From: Tubiluchus corallicola
Taxonomy: Eukaryota; Animalia; Priapulida
Assembly: GCA_030141605.1 (NCBI GenBank)
Contig: JAQGDQ010000163.1
Coordinates: 124,001-188,000 of the forward strand
Direction of reading: 5' to 3'
Length of the DNA stretch: 64,000 nt
Made by a program: the position numbers and the translations under genes. Position 1 is the stretch's first letter. Each line of letters opens with the position of its first letter. The notes under the pieces are model-generated. The model ran no database searches. It had not been told where the DNA came from and saw nothing but the letters and a program-made list of their open reading frames with translations. This document shows, one piece after another, positions 12,401 to 24,362 of the stretch.

Positions 12401-15400
12401 CTTTTGATTAAAAAAATCAAGTTTTTACGTGAAGTTTGACTTTTATGTCTATTTACAGCTCTCTCTTTAAACATAAACTTGTGTTAAGTCTGTGCGTTTT
12501 GATTTTGTGGATGGTTCTGGATTTTGCAAAACTGCAGTTCAATAAAACGCCTTAGTGCAAAATTTATAGCATCTGTAAACAATGAAAACACACATATGCA
12601 TCACAGAACATTTTTATTATAAAGTGTGCTATTTTTGAAGAACATTCTTTGAAATAATATTTCAAAACAAACATGCTGAGTTTCTCTAGCCTTAGATTAT
12701 TATCATTAACTCTTCGTTGATGGGTACATACATTTACTCATCATCTGTGGCGGGTAAAAACAAAGCCTTATCAACTAAATTTTCAACTCTCCAAATTTAG
12801 GAAACAGACTTTGGAAAAGAAACGGCTAACATACAAGAAAATTATATAAGAACAAAAGCGTTGTGTTGTTTTCTTCATTTTCGGTCTTTGAAAAAGTTTT
12901 TCACAAACTAATGGATAGAAATTCTGCAATGCGCTTATACAGCAACTCAATGTAGCAGCGACGATGCTCTGCCCTGTGCTCATTAGCATGGGCTGTTATT
13001 AGCACTCCAAAGTAATATTTATTGTCATCTGGATGTGTGTTCACAGAATGTGACAGCAGCAAGCGCTGTCCTCACTACCCAGTGCACGTGAGCTGTACTC
13101 TGAACTGAAGTGATATTGTTTCGCTTCTGAATGTACAAAATGTTTTTCAATGTAAGAAAAATGAAAAAATATTAACGGTGTTTTGAGGTATTTTTTTAAA
13201 ATTTGGCGAAATTTCTTAGTTGGATTTATCTCTTGGGCAGTAATCAGTAAGGGTGAGCATCGAATGTTTTTTAAGTTCGAATTCGATTCGAATCTAAAAT
13301 TATGGATTCGAACAATTCAGCACTTCAGCCACACACATTCTTTATCATTAAAATGTTTGAAAAAGTATGCACTTAGCACAATTTAGCTGCAGTTTCTGTG
13401 CAAAACTTTTAACAAACTAATGGCGGTTTTACTGCATAACAAAATCAAGTAATATGCATGATCTTTGCAAGACCACTTTTTACTAGCGGTTCGAAAATCG
13501 GTCAAACTCAATTCGAATTCGATTCGCATTCGAAATACTGAAATTCGGTTCGATTCGAATTCGAAAGTCACAAATTCTATTCGATTCGAATTCACTTTCT
13601 GATAGCGAATGCTCTCCCCTAGTAATTAGTCACTAGTTTACAGTGGAATAATTTCTGTTTCTTTCATTTGTCATCAGTACTGAGTGTACACTATCAAACT
13701 TTCAGCCTTTGCAAAATCTCTTAGAAGTAAACCCAATATTCATGAAACAATATTGCTGTCCACTAACCTTACTATGTACAGCTACTGATTGATCTGGGAG
13801 TGCCAGCTGTTGATTTTACAGCGTATATAATTATAATATAATTATTGTTTGTTATAATTACCTGCTGGCAGTGTAGGGCACACTCCCCAGCGGCAAGTGT
13901 TGCACTTCCAGCACAAATTTCGTAATGCCCTGGTGCATATGAACAGCTGTCGAATGTACCATTTTAGAGTAATCTCGAAAATTTTACGCAGAAATGAATG
14001 CTCTACAGTTTTTATGTTGAAGAGTTTTGGATACCAGCGATCACTTGGACGCTGGATTTTGAAATGAAGATTCTGTGTAAATTTTGTAAATTTTTCCAAT
14101 TATCCTGGTAATTACTCTATTGAGTAAATTATCCAAACATTAAATTTACAGTGCTAGAAAGAAAATTTAATTCTCTTTTGGAAAATATAAGGTTTACATT
14201 AGCAGTTCATGTTTGTAGGCCGTATGGGCAGTTTTATTCGGGGATGTCAAAACTACACAAATATTTGCCAAAGAGTTAAGCATTAGGTAGCAATGAATGT
14301 TGCCATCTGTAACAATTTAACGACATTTTAGCGCCAATGGTTTGAAGTATCATGTGGAAAAAACTCGATGTGAGAATTCGTTACTGTTTTGTGGCTCGAA
14401 AGAGGAAGCGCCAGCAAGCGATGAGGAAGAGAAGCAAACTTGCCTTGGTGCTGAATGTCCAGATTTAGCAAAACGCCTTTTCGTGTCCGTGAATGAAAAT
14501 GGTAAGATTGTGGATGTTATTATGAAATTATCGTTAGTACACGATATATTCATTATATTCGTTAGTATTTTTGTATAAATGTTGGGCTGTCCTACTCAAT
14601 TTGTGTGATTCCGAAGAATGAATGAATGTGTATTTTGGTTTTTCACTACAGTATTGCACTTTAAACCAGTTACCCTAAACTAGGCTAAAGCTCGATTAAA
14701 ACACCACTGAAATCGGCTAAAAAATGGATCATACAGTCTGATTGATACAAAATTTGAAAACCTACGGATACCCCTAATTGTTTCCAGTTTATAATTATAG
14801 TTTTTTTGTTCTTGCTCTTTGCTTTTTTTGAGAAATTCATGGTGCCTCACTTGCTGCTACGTTGATGTGTTATTTTTATGTATCAGAAGTATATATCCAC
14901 TGGCATTAGTAGCTCTCTACCTAGTAGCACTAGTAGACTGTAAATAGCCTTTAAATATTATATGTTTATTTGTTACTGTTGCATGTGTAATTTATAAATG
15001 CAAGTCAATGATATATATATGCTTGCACTAAAATAGAAACAGAATATTCTGTTCTGTATTTTTTGTATAGTATTTTTTCTGCAAAGTCCTATTGTTCTAT
15101 TTTCTGTAGTTTAATTGAAGGGTGTAATTGTAGAACAGAGAAATATGAATGAATACGAGTGATTAAACTTCAAATTTAATAGAACATTGACAACGAAAGG
15201 TTTCGTATTGTCGAAAAATAAATTGATGTGAAAGTATAAAAGTATACACACATAATCTCTGTTTAGTTAAAAAAAATTTAGTCAATGGGTGTAAAAAAAG
15301 TTTTCTCGTTATTAGCACCATGGAGTTCCTTATAAATATTTACCTTAGAACTATTCTCGGATTTCATAAATTTAACGAACTTTTGAGTACCTTAAATAAA

Positions 15401-18400
15401 ATTAAAATTAAGGCTAAATTAGAAGTGTCATTCGAGTTACAAACTGTGTGGATGCGATTATTTAATCAGTCTGCCATTTTCTATTGGCTACTCTAAGTTT
15501 TCATATGAGACGCCTGTTTTATGTAAAATTTTTCTAGCTTATTTCATTTTTCTTTGCCAGAGATATGCAGAAAGCTAAGTTTGGGTAGTCTTGATGACCA
15601 CTTCACATCCAAAACAGCAACACCAGATAGAATTACTGCTGACCATAGTGCGCAGCTGCATGGGAAAGGTGGCAGAGAGGAGGGCGGTTTCCTTACTGAA
15701 CTTGCAGAGATTGCAACCAGCCCACATAGCCCACTGTTACAGCCACTACTAGCTTCTGTAGAGAAGTAAGTTATTTTTTTTTTAACTGACACTTCTCTCT
15801 TGACCCTTTTGTTTTTGATAATGTTTTGTTTTTATTTTAGTTACTCATGTTGTGAGTTACAGAATTTTCCACCGTAAGAAGTTATTCAGTTGTAGTCCTT
15901 GCCCATATTTCATTTCCTCTTAGGTTTATAGCCTTCTTTAACATTTTCACATTATAACTGTTTGCTAATCTGTGGTTGGCATTAATCCAACATTTATAAG
16001 AATTGAAGTCATTAAACTGGCTGAGGTTTTCAAAAACAAATATAATCACTGTGAACATTTGCCTGTGATTGCACTGGATGAATTTGATGTACTAGAATGA
16101 TTTCTTTTTGTATTACAGAAGCCGTATTCAGGAAGAATTATCTTTAATTCACTCCTACGCTCGTCCGCCGCGATCTCGGTCTGTGTCACCCCAACATTTA
16201 CGCACATCAGGCACCTGGTTTCGTCGGCAGCTATCTGATGGTACCAGCTCTCACTCGCAGTGTACCTCGGAAGAGGATGTAAAGGATGAGTGCTCGGAGG
16301 AAAGTGCGGGTGAGGAGAGGGTGACGTCGTCATCCCCATACCCGTCGTCCTCACGAAAAAGCGACACTAATGGGTGTTGGTCTCACACCTGGCCGACAGC
16401 TGTCTGGCAGTGCTTTATGAAAGGTAGAATGTAATATACTGTAGATGTAATATAAATGAATGAGCGCAACTTCAAAATGTATTCAAAACAAAGATTAAGA
16501 AACTATTAAATTTAAAATGAATAACCATTTTAATACATTTAACAGCACAGCACTTACATAGTAACTATCTTGCATTTCCTAAATGAAATTAACATTAATT
16601 TTATCTGTGACTTTTGTTTCACTATTTACATTTAATTACTTACAGAATGCCAGATAAAATTTTCCAGTGGACCAGTAGCGCACCTGTGGCAGAAACCGGA
16701 AACTCTAGGTCGAGCAGAACACCTTTCACGAGTAACCCATCCCGATTCCCATAAAAGACCTGTGTAAGAACGTTTTACCTCTAATGAAGCACAAATTGTT
16801 AGAATGTTAGGGTATGAATAATGAGTCCAAGCAAATCATAATAAGCTGATGGTGTAATCAAATTTACATGTTTTATAATACTCAAAAGTGGACAGCTGTT
16901 GTTGGTATGCTCAGTAACTTTGGATGAATCATTCAAGGTCAAAGGTCACTTATTTCATGTCCCTGTCTCCTGCTATGGTTTTTACAAGAGCAATAGATAA
17001 TGTAATTTAGTGCACAATATGATAAATTCCCTTCACTTGAGTTGGTGGTGTTGAACAGGGGTCATGATATGAAATATGGGTCCAAATATTGGTAGATTTT
17101 TAGGAAATTTATCACTCGGCTGTTTTCCCAACTGCACTTCTTTAATGTACTGCCATATTGATGGTGGAATATCAATTAGAACAGTTCTAGTACAACTTGT
17201 AGAATAATATATAATAAAATTGTGTTTTACTGGAACTGTATTTTTGCTTGAGGCAGCTCTGCAAACTCTGCGAATCTCTGTGCAGTAAAACTTTATTTTG
17301 CAAAATGTTTGACCTTTTTGATTATTTCGTTTTTTTCTTTGTATGTTGACAGTTATGCTGCAAAAGGACTGCGATTAACTAACAAGCGAGCTGATCCAGA
17401 TGATTCTTCCGGTTACGAAATGATACTTCTCGGATTCTCTCCGGATTGCCAAGGTCAGCCAGACCTTATTGCCCAGTGTCCATTGCATCATCCATTTTTT
17501 GTGAGAGAAAAAGGTAAGAGATCCTTGCAAAAATGGTAGGCAGCATAGCCATTCCTTGCTATTGAGTTTGTTTTGTTGTTTATGTGTACTCGTGTCATGA
17601 TGTAATAATGCACATAATATTGCAGTGTCTTTTTGGATTATTCTTTATAAGCTACTGTATGCAAAATTTAAATCCCCTGATAAGCATTTAACATTATTTT
17701 TGTTCTTGGACTCATTGCTGGCAAGACAATTTCTTTTAGGAAACTAAAATGCAAACTACTCACAGATAAGTTTCAAAGTGGTCACCACAGTCAACACTTC
17801 ATTATTATGTTGCATGTTTAGGGTGGTCATCCTTTTCTCCTGCTCTAACTGTGGAGCGATTTGGAATTCCTTGTCGGGAAATGGCGGTAGGCGACGTATG
17901 CCTCCCTCCTACGCATCCACAGGCAACGTACACGGCAGATATTTTCGACACGCTTCGCAGCTATGATTTGACACCAGAAGACAGCACCGCAGTGTTTATG
18001 TTAAGTTCTATGGCAAAGGTAAAATGAAGAATCGTTCACTGAGGGGCTCACTTTTTGTGTTTCGTTTAAATAATTTCAGGCTTCAATGTTTTTTTCTGGA
18101 CATTTTCTTGCCTTTACTGCCCATCATGAATGTCCAGCACCAGTATACTGTCATGCACGTTGTTTTTTGAGAGCTGCTTTCACTTTGAATTTTTCGCCGA
18201 CACCAATAATTATCTCGCGTCCTTAGTTACTATTGGACATTCATATGGAAAACATCACTAGATACTTCTTGTCGTTCGTTCCACTTTGGCCAATCCTCAA
18301 CACAACACAAATGCGTTGCTATGTACGTCGTTTGTACGCCCTATGTACATATGGCACTATGTACATATCCTATAATGCCAGGCTGTTGCTTATGTACGTC

Positions 18401-19941
18401 GTTTGACTTTTTCAGATGCAGCATTTCCTTTTTTAGTTTGAAGTGTATGTGTGTGTGTGTGTTAACGTATTCTTAACTGAATGTGAAATTTCTATTCCAT
18501 AATTATTTCTAACATTGAGTCTGCTATGCAAGTTTAAGGAAGCATCCTGTGACTACTGAGTGGACCAAGTATTTATAAATAGCCACACTATTCATTTTTG
18601 CATATAGTATTTTCTTAGCAAAATTTTTAGGTAACCCATGTAACGCATTTCTAATCAAAATAAGCAAGTGTTATTATTCACTTGAGAGCAGCAGAATTAT
18701 TTTACATGAAAATACTTTGTTCAGGACAGTTAACACTAAGTCTTGCTGTATTTTTGTAGCAAAAGCGTGATCAACTCGAATCATCTCCGGTCAAGCGTAA
18801 AACTGATTTGGCCATGAAACCGCGGTCGAGGCAACGGCATGTCAGCGAACCAACAATATCTCGAGCGAAGCGGCCTATGAATGCATTCATGTTGTTTGCT
18901 AAGAAGTACCGCATGGAGTACACTCAAGCGCATCCTGGACGAGACAACAGGTAAGAAGTGATTAATGTTCAACAAGTTGTGTAAGAGTTATAATGACTCA
19001 TACTGTTGCAGCGACAGACAACCGAGATGGTTTTTGCTGGTAAATTTGAAGCAAATTGGGCTGGGGTTTGATTTTCTGCATTAGTCTAGTTCAAAGGGGC
19101 ACAGATAGGTAGCCGTGACCTTCTTCTAGGTACAGAGTTAAGCAATGCCTGGCTTGTAAATGTTTGTCTGACTGCTGATAAAACTAATTTGCACAGTTTA
19201 ACAGTCATTTATTGCCCTGGCTGTTTTCTCTTTTGAGTAGGTTTAGTACTCATTTGGATTTTTGGTCGACACGTCCTATTTATAGTGTCCCATCCCAAAG
19301 TTGTCATTGATAGTCGTGTCCCAGTCTTACCATAACCTTCGAGTTTTGCATTAACTGTGTCAATCTGCATGTAATAAAAAATGAATAGTGCATTGGAAGA
19401 AGTGCATAAACCGTTGCTACTACTGCATGAACAGATTGAAATTGCAACAGTATCGTGACTACTCAGCTAAATTCTTGCTCTTAAATCAGCTAGATTTAGA
19501 AAAGTGAACTTAGGAAAGTGAAAGGAACTAGTAGTCATTTGTCAAGTTATCTTACAAGAGTAATTTGGCTGACTTCAATTACAACTGTTGAGACAAAACG
19601 TCCCCTAACCACCCCTGTCCTCTTGGCCCTAAGCTTTAGCCTAATCAGTCTAAATTAATGGTTCTATGATGCCTCATATGTACCATCAGCTTATGTATAG
19701 TTAGAAAAGAATCATCAATGACCTTGTTGTTTCCAGGGCGATCAGCGTGTTGCTAGGTGACATGTGGAAACGGCTGAAAACTGATGAACGTCGAGCATTT
19801 ACACAAGAAGCACGTATATTAGCTGACGAACATCGCAAACACAATCCAAACTGCTGGAAGCGAAACCGATCGTCATCATTGGTAAGAGCTCGTAGCAATA
19901 AGTTCTGGAAACCAGTAACATCGTTTCTGTTTTTGTGGTAG
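466..19941 (+). CDS. HBP1: HMG-box transcription factor HBP1-like (two N-terminal zinc fingers, AXH domain, HMG box), about 575-600 aa
   Basis: Exons 466-480, 3382-3498, 11636-11736, 14332-14501, 15561-15765, 16119-16423, 16646-16763, 17353-17513, 17822-18018, 18760-18950 and 19737-19881 (donor gtaag; read-through would stop at 19941). All introns are GT-AG and phase-compatible. HBP1 signatures: LTELAEIATSPHSP; AXH WPTAVWQCFMK...HHPFFVREKGWSSFSP...GDVCLPPTHP...YDLTPEDSTAVFMLSSMA; HMG box KRPMNAFMLFAKKYRMEYTQAHPGRDNRAISVLLGDMWK...NPNCWKR. The C-terminal end is uncertain. Confidence 0.92.
985..1130. repeat. (TA)n microsatellites with locally duplicated flanks
   Basis: tgtctttctcaac(ta)n occurs twice (~991 and ~1050); tttggcagaagacaaaaa occurs twice in tandem (~1093-1128). 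Confidence 0.8.
1150..1590. mobile_element. Probable Penelope-like remnant bounded by imperfect inverted repeats with degenerate hammerhead motifs
   Basis: ~1151-1205 and ~1536-1586 are imperfect inverted copies. Each resembles CTGANGA-stem-GAAA followed by AATAAA. Confidence 0.4.
2245..3050 (-). mobile_element. 3' fragment of an L1/Tx1-type LINE (zf-RVT region)
   Basis: ORF 2750-2986 contains INWKNAY...YQFSVLHRIL...CNICNSETETISH. Downstream decayed ORF2 end (ILMVKYYIW) and an A-rich tail near 2245-2270. Confidence 0.75.
3665..6150 (-). mobile_element. 5'-truncated, decayed CR1-group LINE (RT region and C-terminal Cys/His motif)
   Basis: ORFs 5185-6069 (WKTANVTPVFKKGD..NYRPISLLS..FLDVSKAFDKIWH), GVPQGSILG at ~5085-5110, 4704-5078 (LFADDT, HKHLG) and 3844-4149 (CQCG..HYLISCPLY). 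Several stops and frameshifts. Confidence 0.9.
6264..7240 (+). pseudogene. Intronless alpha-1,2-fucosyltransferase (GT11, FUT1/FUT2-like), disabled
   Basis: Type II membrane anchor, GRLGNQMF, VGIHMRRGD, FVVIGDD and CDHVITTVGTFSFWCGYL. Deletion/frameshift at ~6953. The terminal PPD-TGA-IGL-TAG suggests TGG>TGA at 7226-7228. AATAAA at ~7247. Confidence 0.85.
8930..9115 (+). repeat. GA-rich dispersed repeat, related copy at ~47985-48108
   Basis: Shared core agagacagaatgtggag(g/a)gagtggga(a/g)gaaggg in both places. Confidence 0.6.
9130..11545 (+). mobile_element. 5'-truncated L2/Crack-type LINE (ORF2 RT region plus 3' UTR)
   Basis: ORFs 9551-9964, 10270-10473 (GVPQGSTLGPLLFLLYINDM), FADD at ~10478 and 10525-11307 (KYLG). 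The 3' UTR has hairpins ggaggagga/tcctcctcc and cacagtaactc/gagttgctgtg, then AATAAA and an (ATTCATA)n tail. Confidence 0.9.
13248..13621. mobile_element. hAT-type MITE with TTCGAA subterminal repeats
   Basis: TIRs taagggtgagcat / atgctctccccta; 8-bp TSD gtaatcag / gtaattag (7 of 8 match). A diverged second copy lies at ~33890-34255. Confidence 0.8.
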
Positions 19942-20544
19942 TCATTGTTTGCTAGATTAACCACTGTCTGTAGCTGTGACTAGCTGTGTCATTGTTTCTT
20001 AGTTTTCTAAGCACGAGCAACAGTTGGTTGTTCCTGTAACAGTTGTAAGTTCTAATAAGTCATTTATTGTGGTACATAATGATTATCGCTGTCTTCTTAC
20101 ATTTCTTGTTCATTGTACGGGTTATTTTGTACATTGGCAGTTAATAGTATTAGTGTCACATCATACATGTTTATTCAAGCCGAATTAGCGAGCTATTCAA
20201 TTTATGACCAACTTTACTACCCGACCACAGCTTAATTAATTAGTTATACAAAACTAATAATTACTCATACTTTCTTCTTTTTTTAAGTAAATTAAATTCA
20301 AATTGCTATATATTTCTATAAATTCATCCACTGGTGCCACCATACATAGAGTGCGTACACACGTCTTACGTGCAGGGGCGCACCACTTGAATATACGGGT
20401 CTGACTTGCGTCCATGACCAATTTGCCAGAATTGATCGAGGTCGTCTTGTTCCGACAATGACACGGGTTCAGTTATTGCCCAAAGTCACCCCCATTTTAA
20501 ATTTTGCTTGTACGTGCTGTGTATACCATCCATTTAAGATTGCT

Positions 20545-20653
20545 TCAACAGTTGCATTCAGTGAGAGAACACTCAACAGTTGCACTCAGTGAGAGTACAC
20601 TCAGCAGTTGCACTCAACAGTTGCACTCAACGAGAGTACACTCAACAGTTGCA
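20545..20653 (+). repeat. Minisatellite in the presumed HBP1 3' UTR
   Basis: Alternating ctcaacagttgca and ctcagtgagagtaca units (12 and 28 bp periods). Confidence 0.8.
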
Positions 20654-21767
20654 AGATCGTGGCCAGTGTCTTACAGTGTTTTTGATGCCTTTTTGCTCTT
20701 ATTGCTCTCATGATTTTCGTTTTTTTGTATATTCAATGTTATTTCACACTTCAGAGTTTGGATTCAGTATAATAGCTGCCGAAGTTCATATACACTGGGA
20801 GAGCCTGTTGCAGTCTCGATAGGAATGACCAACTGTGACAAATTAAAATATTTACAGGTAATAAAGGGATGCATTTAGTTAGTAGGTTTTACTTATTACT
20901 AGGGCCTGTACAGAGCCTGTAAAAGACAACTATGTACTGTTCAAATTAGGCCTTTATAAGTATTCTTAGTTCATTTCTTTATAGACTAGTTGTGCTAGCA
21001 ATGTTTTGGACCTTAGAAATTAGTGACATAATAAACAGAAATTAATTCGGTGATAAAGGAATAAACCGGTGATGTTTCCAATTCTAACTCGTTTTTTTGT
21101 TATTTGTTTTGCAATATTATTATAAGTTTGTGTACAAATGCATCTCATTTTGAAATGTATCTCATTTTTATTGTAATTATTTGTTGTTGTGTTGGGACCT
21201 GTCATATTGATCATGGTGTTTTACGAGTTGCTATTGTTTTTAATGTGACTAGTGTGTTTTCATTGTGAAATTCTAGTATTTGTACCATGTTAAACGCCAC
21301 AATTTTAATTATTGCATTTGAAAGTAGGTAGTATGGCAGCAGTCTTTAATTCTTATAAAATTTATTTGTTTTTTGTGTTATATTCATCTGTTTTTAATCA
21401 CGTTTGCATGTCGTAATTATCGGCCAAGAATGAAAACCATTAAACTATTGTCAATCATACACCAGGTTTGAATTTTTAGTTGGGGAAACTAAGATGAGAT
21501 GTATTTTTGGTCTCTAATAGTGAATATCCTTGTTAGTTTTCACATAGTCACATTTTGGTTGATGCTAACTCACCGAAATGACTGATTCCACAAAATTCAT
21601 ACCATTTTTTATGTGTAAATCAGGTCATTCAGCTTAGATTTAATGTTATTAATGATCCAATATGACTAATCATAAATGTTACATCATGTACTAGTACGTC
21701 AATTGTATTGCATGTGAAGTGTCTTTTTTATTATACAGAACATTGTATAATTGTGTAGAAGTATTAC

Positions 21768-22132
21768 TGTACACTGTGCTCCAGATAATACGTGTATTTG
21801 CTTAGTTAAGCATTGATTCTGAGCAAAATTGCATTGGAAATCAATCCTAGGGTGAAAATGCAACAAAAATAGCAATTTGTACTACAATCAATGTCCGCCA
21901 TATTCCAACAAAATATTGTAGCGTTTAATACGTCATTTATCGTACGTCTCCATAAAGCAAATCTAGTATTTACCAATATCTGACAAATTATCACTATACT
22001 ACTGTGAAAACTACTATTAAAGAAGCCCGTTAACGTCTGCCAACTCACTCACTTGCCCAGGTAGAAACAGATCTGCACAGGTGAGTGATCGTGGTCACGT
22101 GACCAACGAGATACTTAGCGAAATTCCCTACA
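21768..22132 (-). repeat. 3' LTR of the BEL/Pao element
   Basis: Begins TGTAGGG immediately after polypurine tract AAGGGGGCGG (22142-22133), about 30 nt after the pol stop. Contains ATTAAA. The distal ...ACA end could be 21878 or 21768. No matching 5' LTR was found. Confidence 0.65.
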
Positions 22133-22163
22133 CCGCCCCCTTAAATGCGATGTGACAAAGCAT

Positions 22164-24360
22164 TTACCAATTGCAGTTTATTCCCTCAATCATGCACAGC
22201 TGATTGATATGACGTTTTAGTAAACCTTCTTGAGTCTTCAGGGTTGCTGTCCGTACGATTCCGTCATGGCTAAGATGTACTTCCTGTACTCTTCCAAGGC
22301 GCCAGCAATTTCTAGGAGCATTTTCGTCTTTTATGAGTACCACGTCTCCTGTGCGAATTGGTTCTTTCATTTTACTCCACTTGGAACGTGCCTGAAGTAA
22401 AGGAAGATATTCCTTAAGCCATCTTCTCGAGAATACGTCAGCCATGTGTTGAATCTGTCGCCAACGTTTTTTGTAGATGTCAACTGTGCTAAATTGCCCA
22501 GGAGCGTAAACTGGGTTCTTATGTAATAGCAGTATGTGATTAGGCGTCAGTGCTTCACAGTCTTTTATGTCATCAGAAACACTCGTGATCGGCCTGTTAT
22601 TTAGAATGCTTTCTACGATACAAAAATAAGTTTGCAAACGTTCATCATCTAATGTTTGCTTGGTCATAACGAAGCTTAAAACTCCCTTAACGCTCTTGAT
22701 TAAGCGTTCCCAAACTCCATCTGTGTGATGAGCAGCAGGTGGGTGGAATTTCCATTCTATGTTCTGCTTCAGCATCGCATCAGAAACCTTTGTTTGCTCC
22801 AGCTGTTTGATTGACTGCCTGACTTCACGCTCTGCTCCAATCATGTTCGTACCGCAATCAGATCTGATGATTTTTGGTTCACCTCGTCGGCAAGAGAATC
22901 GTTGAATTGCATTAATTAATGAACTGCTGTCCGTAGTGTGCAATACTTCCAAATGAATTGCTCGGGTTGCCATGCAAGTAAATATTAGCCCATTGCGCTT
23001 AACTTGGCCTCGTGCTCTTTCAACTAAGTATGGCCCAAAACAGTCTAGGCCTACATTTTCGAAGCATCTGGAAACTTCAACTCTTTCAGGTGGCAGATCG
23101 CTCATTTTTTGCTTCATGGGTGATTGTAATTTTTGCAGAAGATTGTCAACCTTTGTTGCTAATAGGGCTGCTGACAATTCAAGTCTTGGCAAGGTTAGAG
23201 CCTTTAATGGAGCAAGTCTTGTCTTAGCAATAATGAGTGAACAATGAACGTTTCCCAGCTCATTCTCCACTCGTATGTATGATGTTGTCCCGTATGCGAT
23301 GTTGGAAGCATCACAAAAATGGTGCACTTGTATATTTGCTGTCTTTCCAAAACTAGGAGGGATTAGACATCTTTCTAGTTCGAGACTCTCTAACACTGGA
23401 AGATCCGTTAACCATGCCTTCCATTTCTCTAGAATATCTGAATCAAGGTGTTGATCCCATGTCTTTTTTTGCCTTTCCGTAGCTTCTCGGAACAGAATCT
23501 TGGCATTCAAGGTATAAGGTGAGAGATACCCAAATGGATCGTAGACAGATGAGATGACACTCAACAAACCTCGCCGAGTTTCTGGCTTATACTTCTGCTT
23601 TATGTTTACACAAAATGTGTGTGAGTGCATGTTCCAACCTACACCCAATGCCCGCTCTTTGGGCAAACAATCAGTTGATAAGTCAAGTGTCTTCACTGCC
23701 TTGCCTCTTGTTTTCAGAAACTTCTTTCAACATGCTTTTGCTACTGCTCATCCATTTAGTTAAGTTAAATACAGCAGTCTTTAGTCGCTCGGAAATGCGA
23801 TCCACAAAACTACTGGCGTCTTTCTCATTTGGCAAGGATTTCAAAAAATCATCGCCATAAAAATTCCTGGTAACGCTGTGAACGACTTCATCAGGACAGA
23901 AAATGACATTGTCGATGGCTGTCTGTTGCAGAGCAAAGGTAGCCACACTCGGTGACCAAACACCTCCAAAAAGATGGACGGTCTTTCGATAAGTTTTTAT
24001 TTTTCCGTCCAGATTACCATCTTACCAGTACATAAAGCGCAGGGTGTCTCGGTCTTCTAGTCTCACCCTGACCTGATAAAACATGGCCTCTATATCAGCC
24101 ATAACAGCAATATTGTTTTCCCGAAATCTTAACAGGACACCTAGAAGTTTACACGTTAGGTCAGGTCCTTGGAGGACAACATCATTAAGGGACAGTCAAA
24201 GACTGGGCGCGTTTTTTCAGGCTTGTTGAAGACCGAAAATGTGGCAAATACCAAGTTTTTCCAATTTCCGACTCTTGATCCTCTGGCACTTCTTCTGTGT
24301 AATTGTTTACTAGCAAAGTGGCAATTTCTGCAGTATATTTTTCATGTAGGACCGGATTCT
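22164..24360 (-). pseudogene. BEL/Pao pol (RT, RNase H, integrase) with stops, frameshifts and internal deletions
   Basis: ORFs 23683-23946 and 22164-23696. In-frame TAA at ~24023. At ~23130 the protein jumps from RNase H (VDNLLQKLQ) to the integrase core (MSDLPPERV), lacking the HHCC zinc domain. Confidence 0.9.
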
Positions 24361-24362
24361 TT

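Noticed and set aside
19737-19941. Sox or TCF gene suggested by the HMG box
   Set aside because: The upstream AXH domain and HBP1-specific motifs identify it as HBP1.
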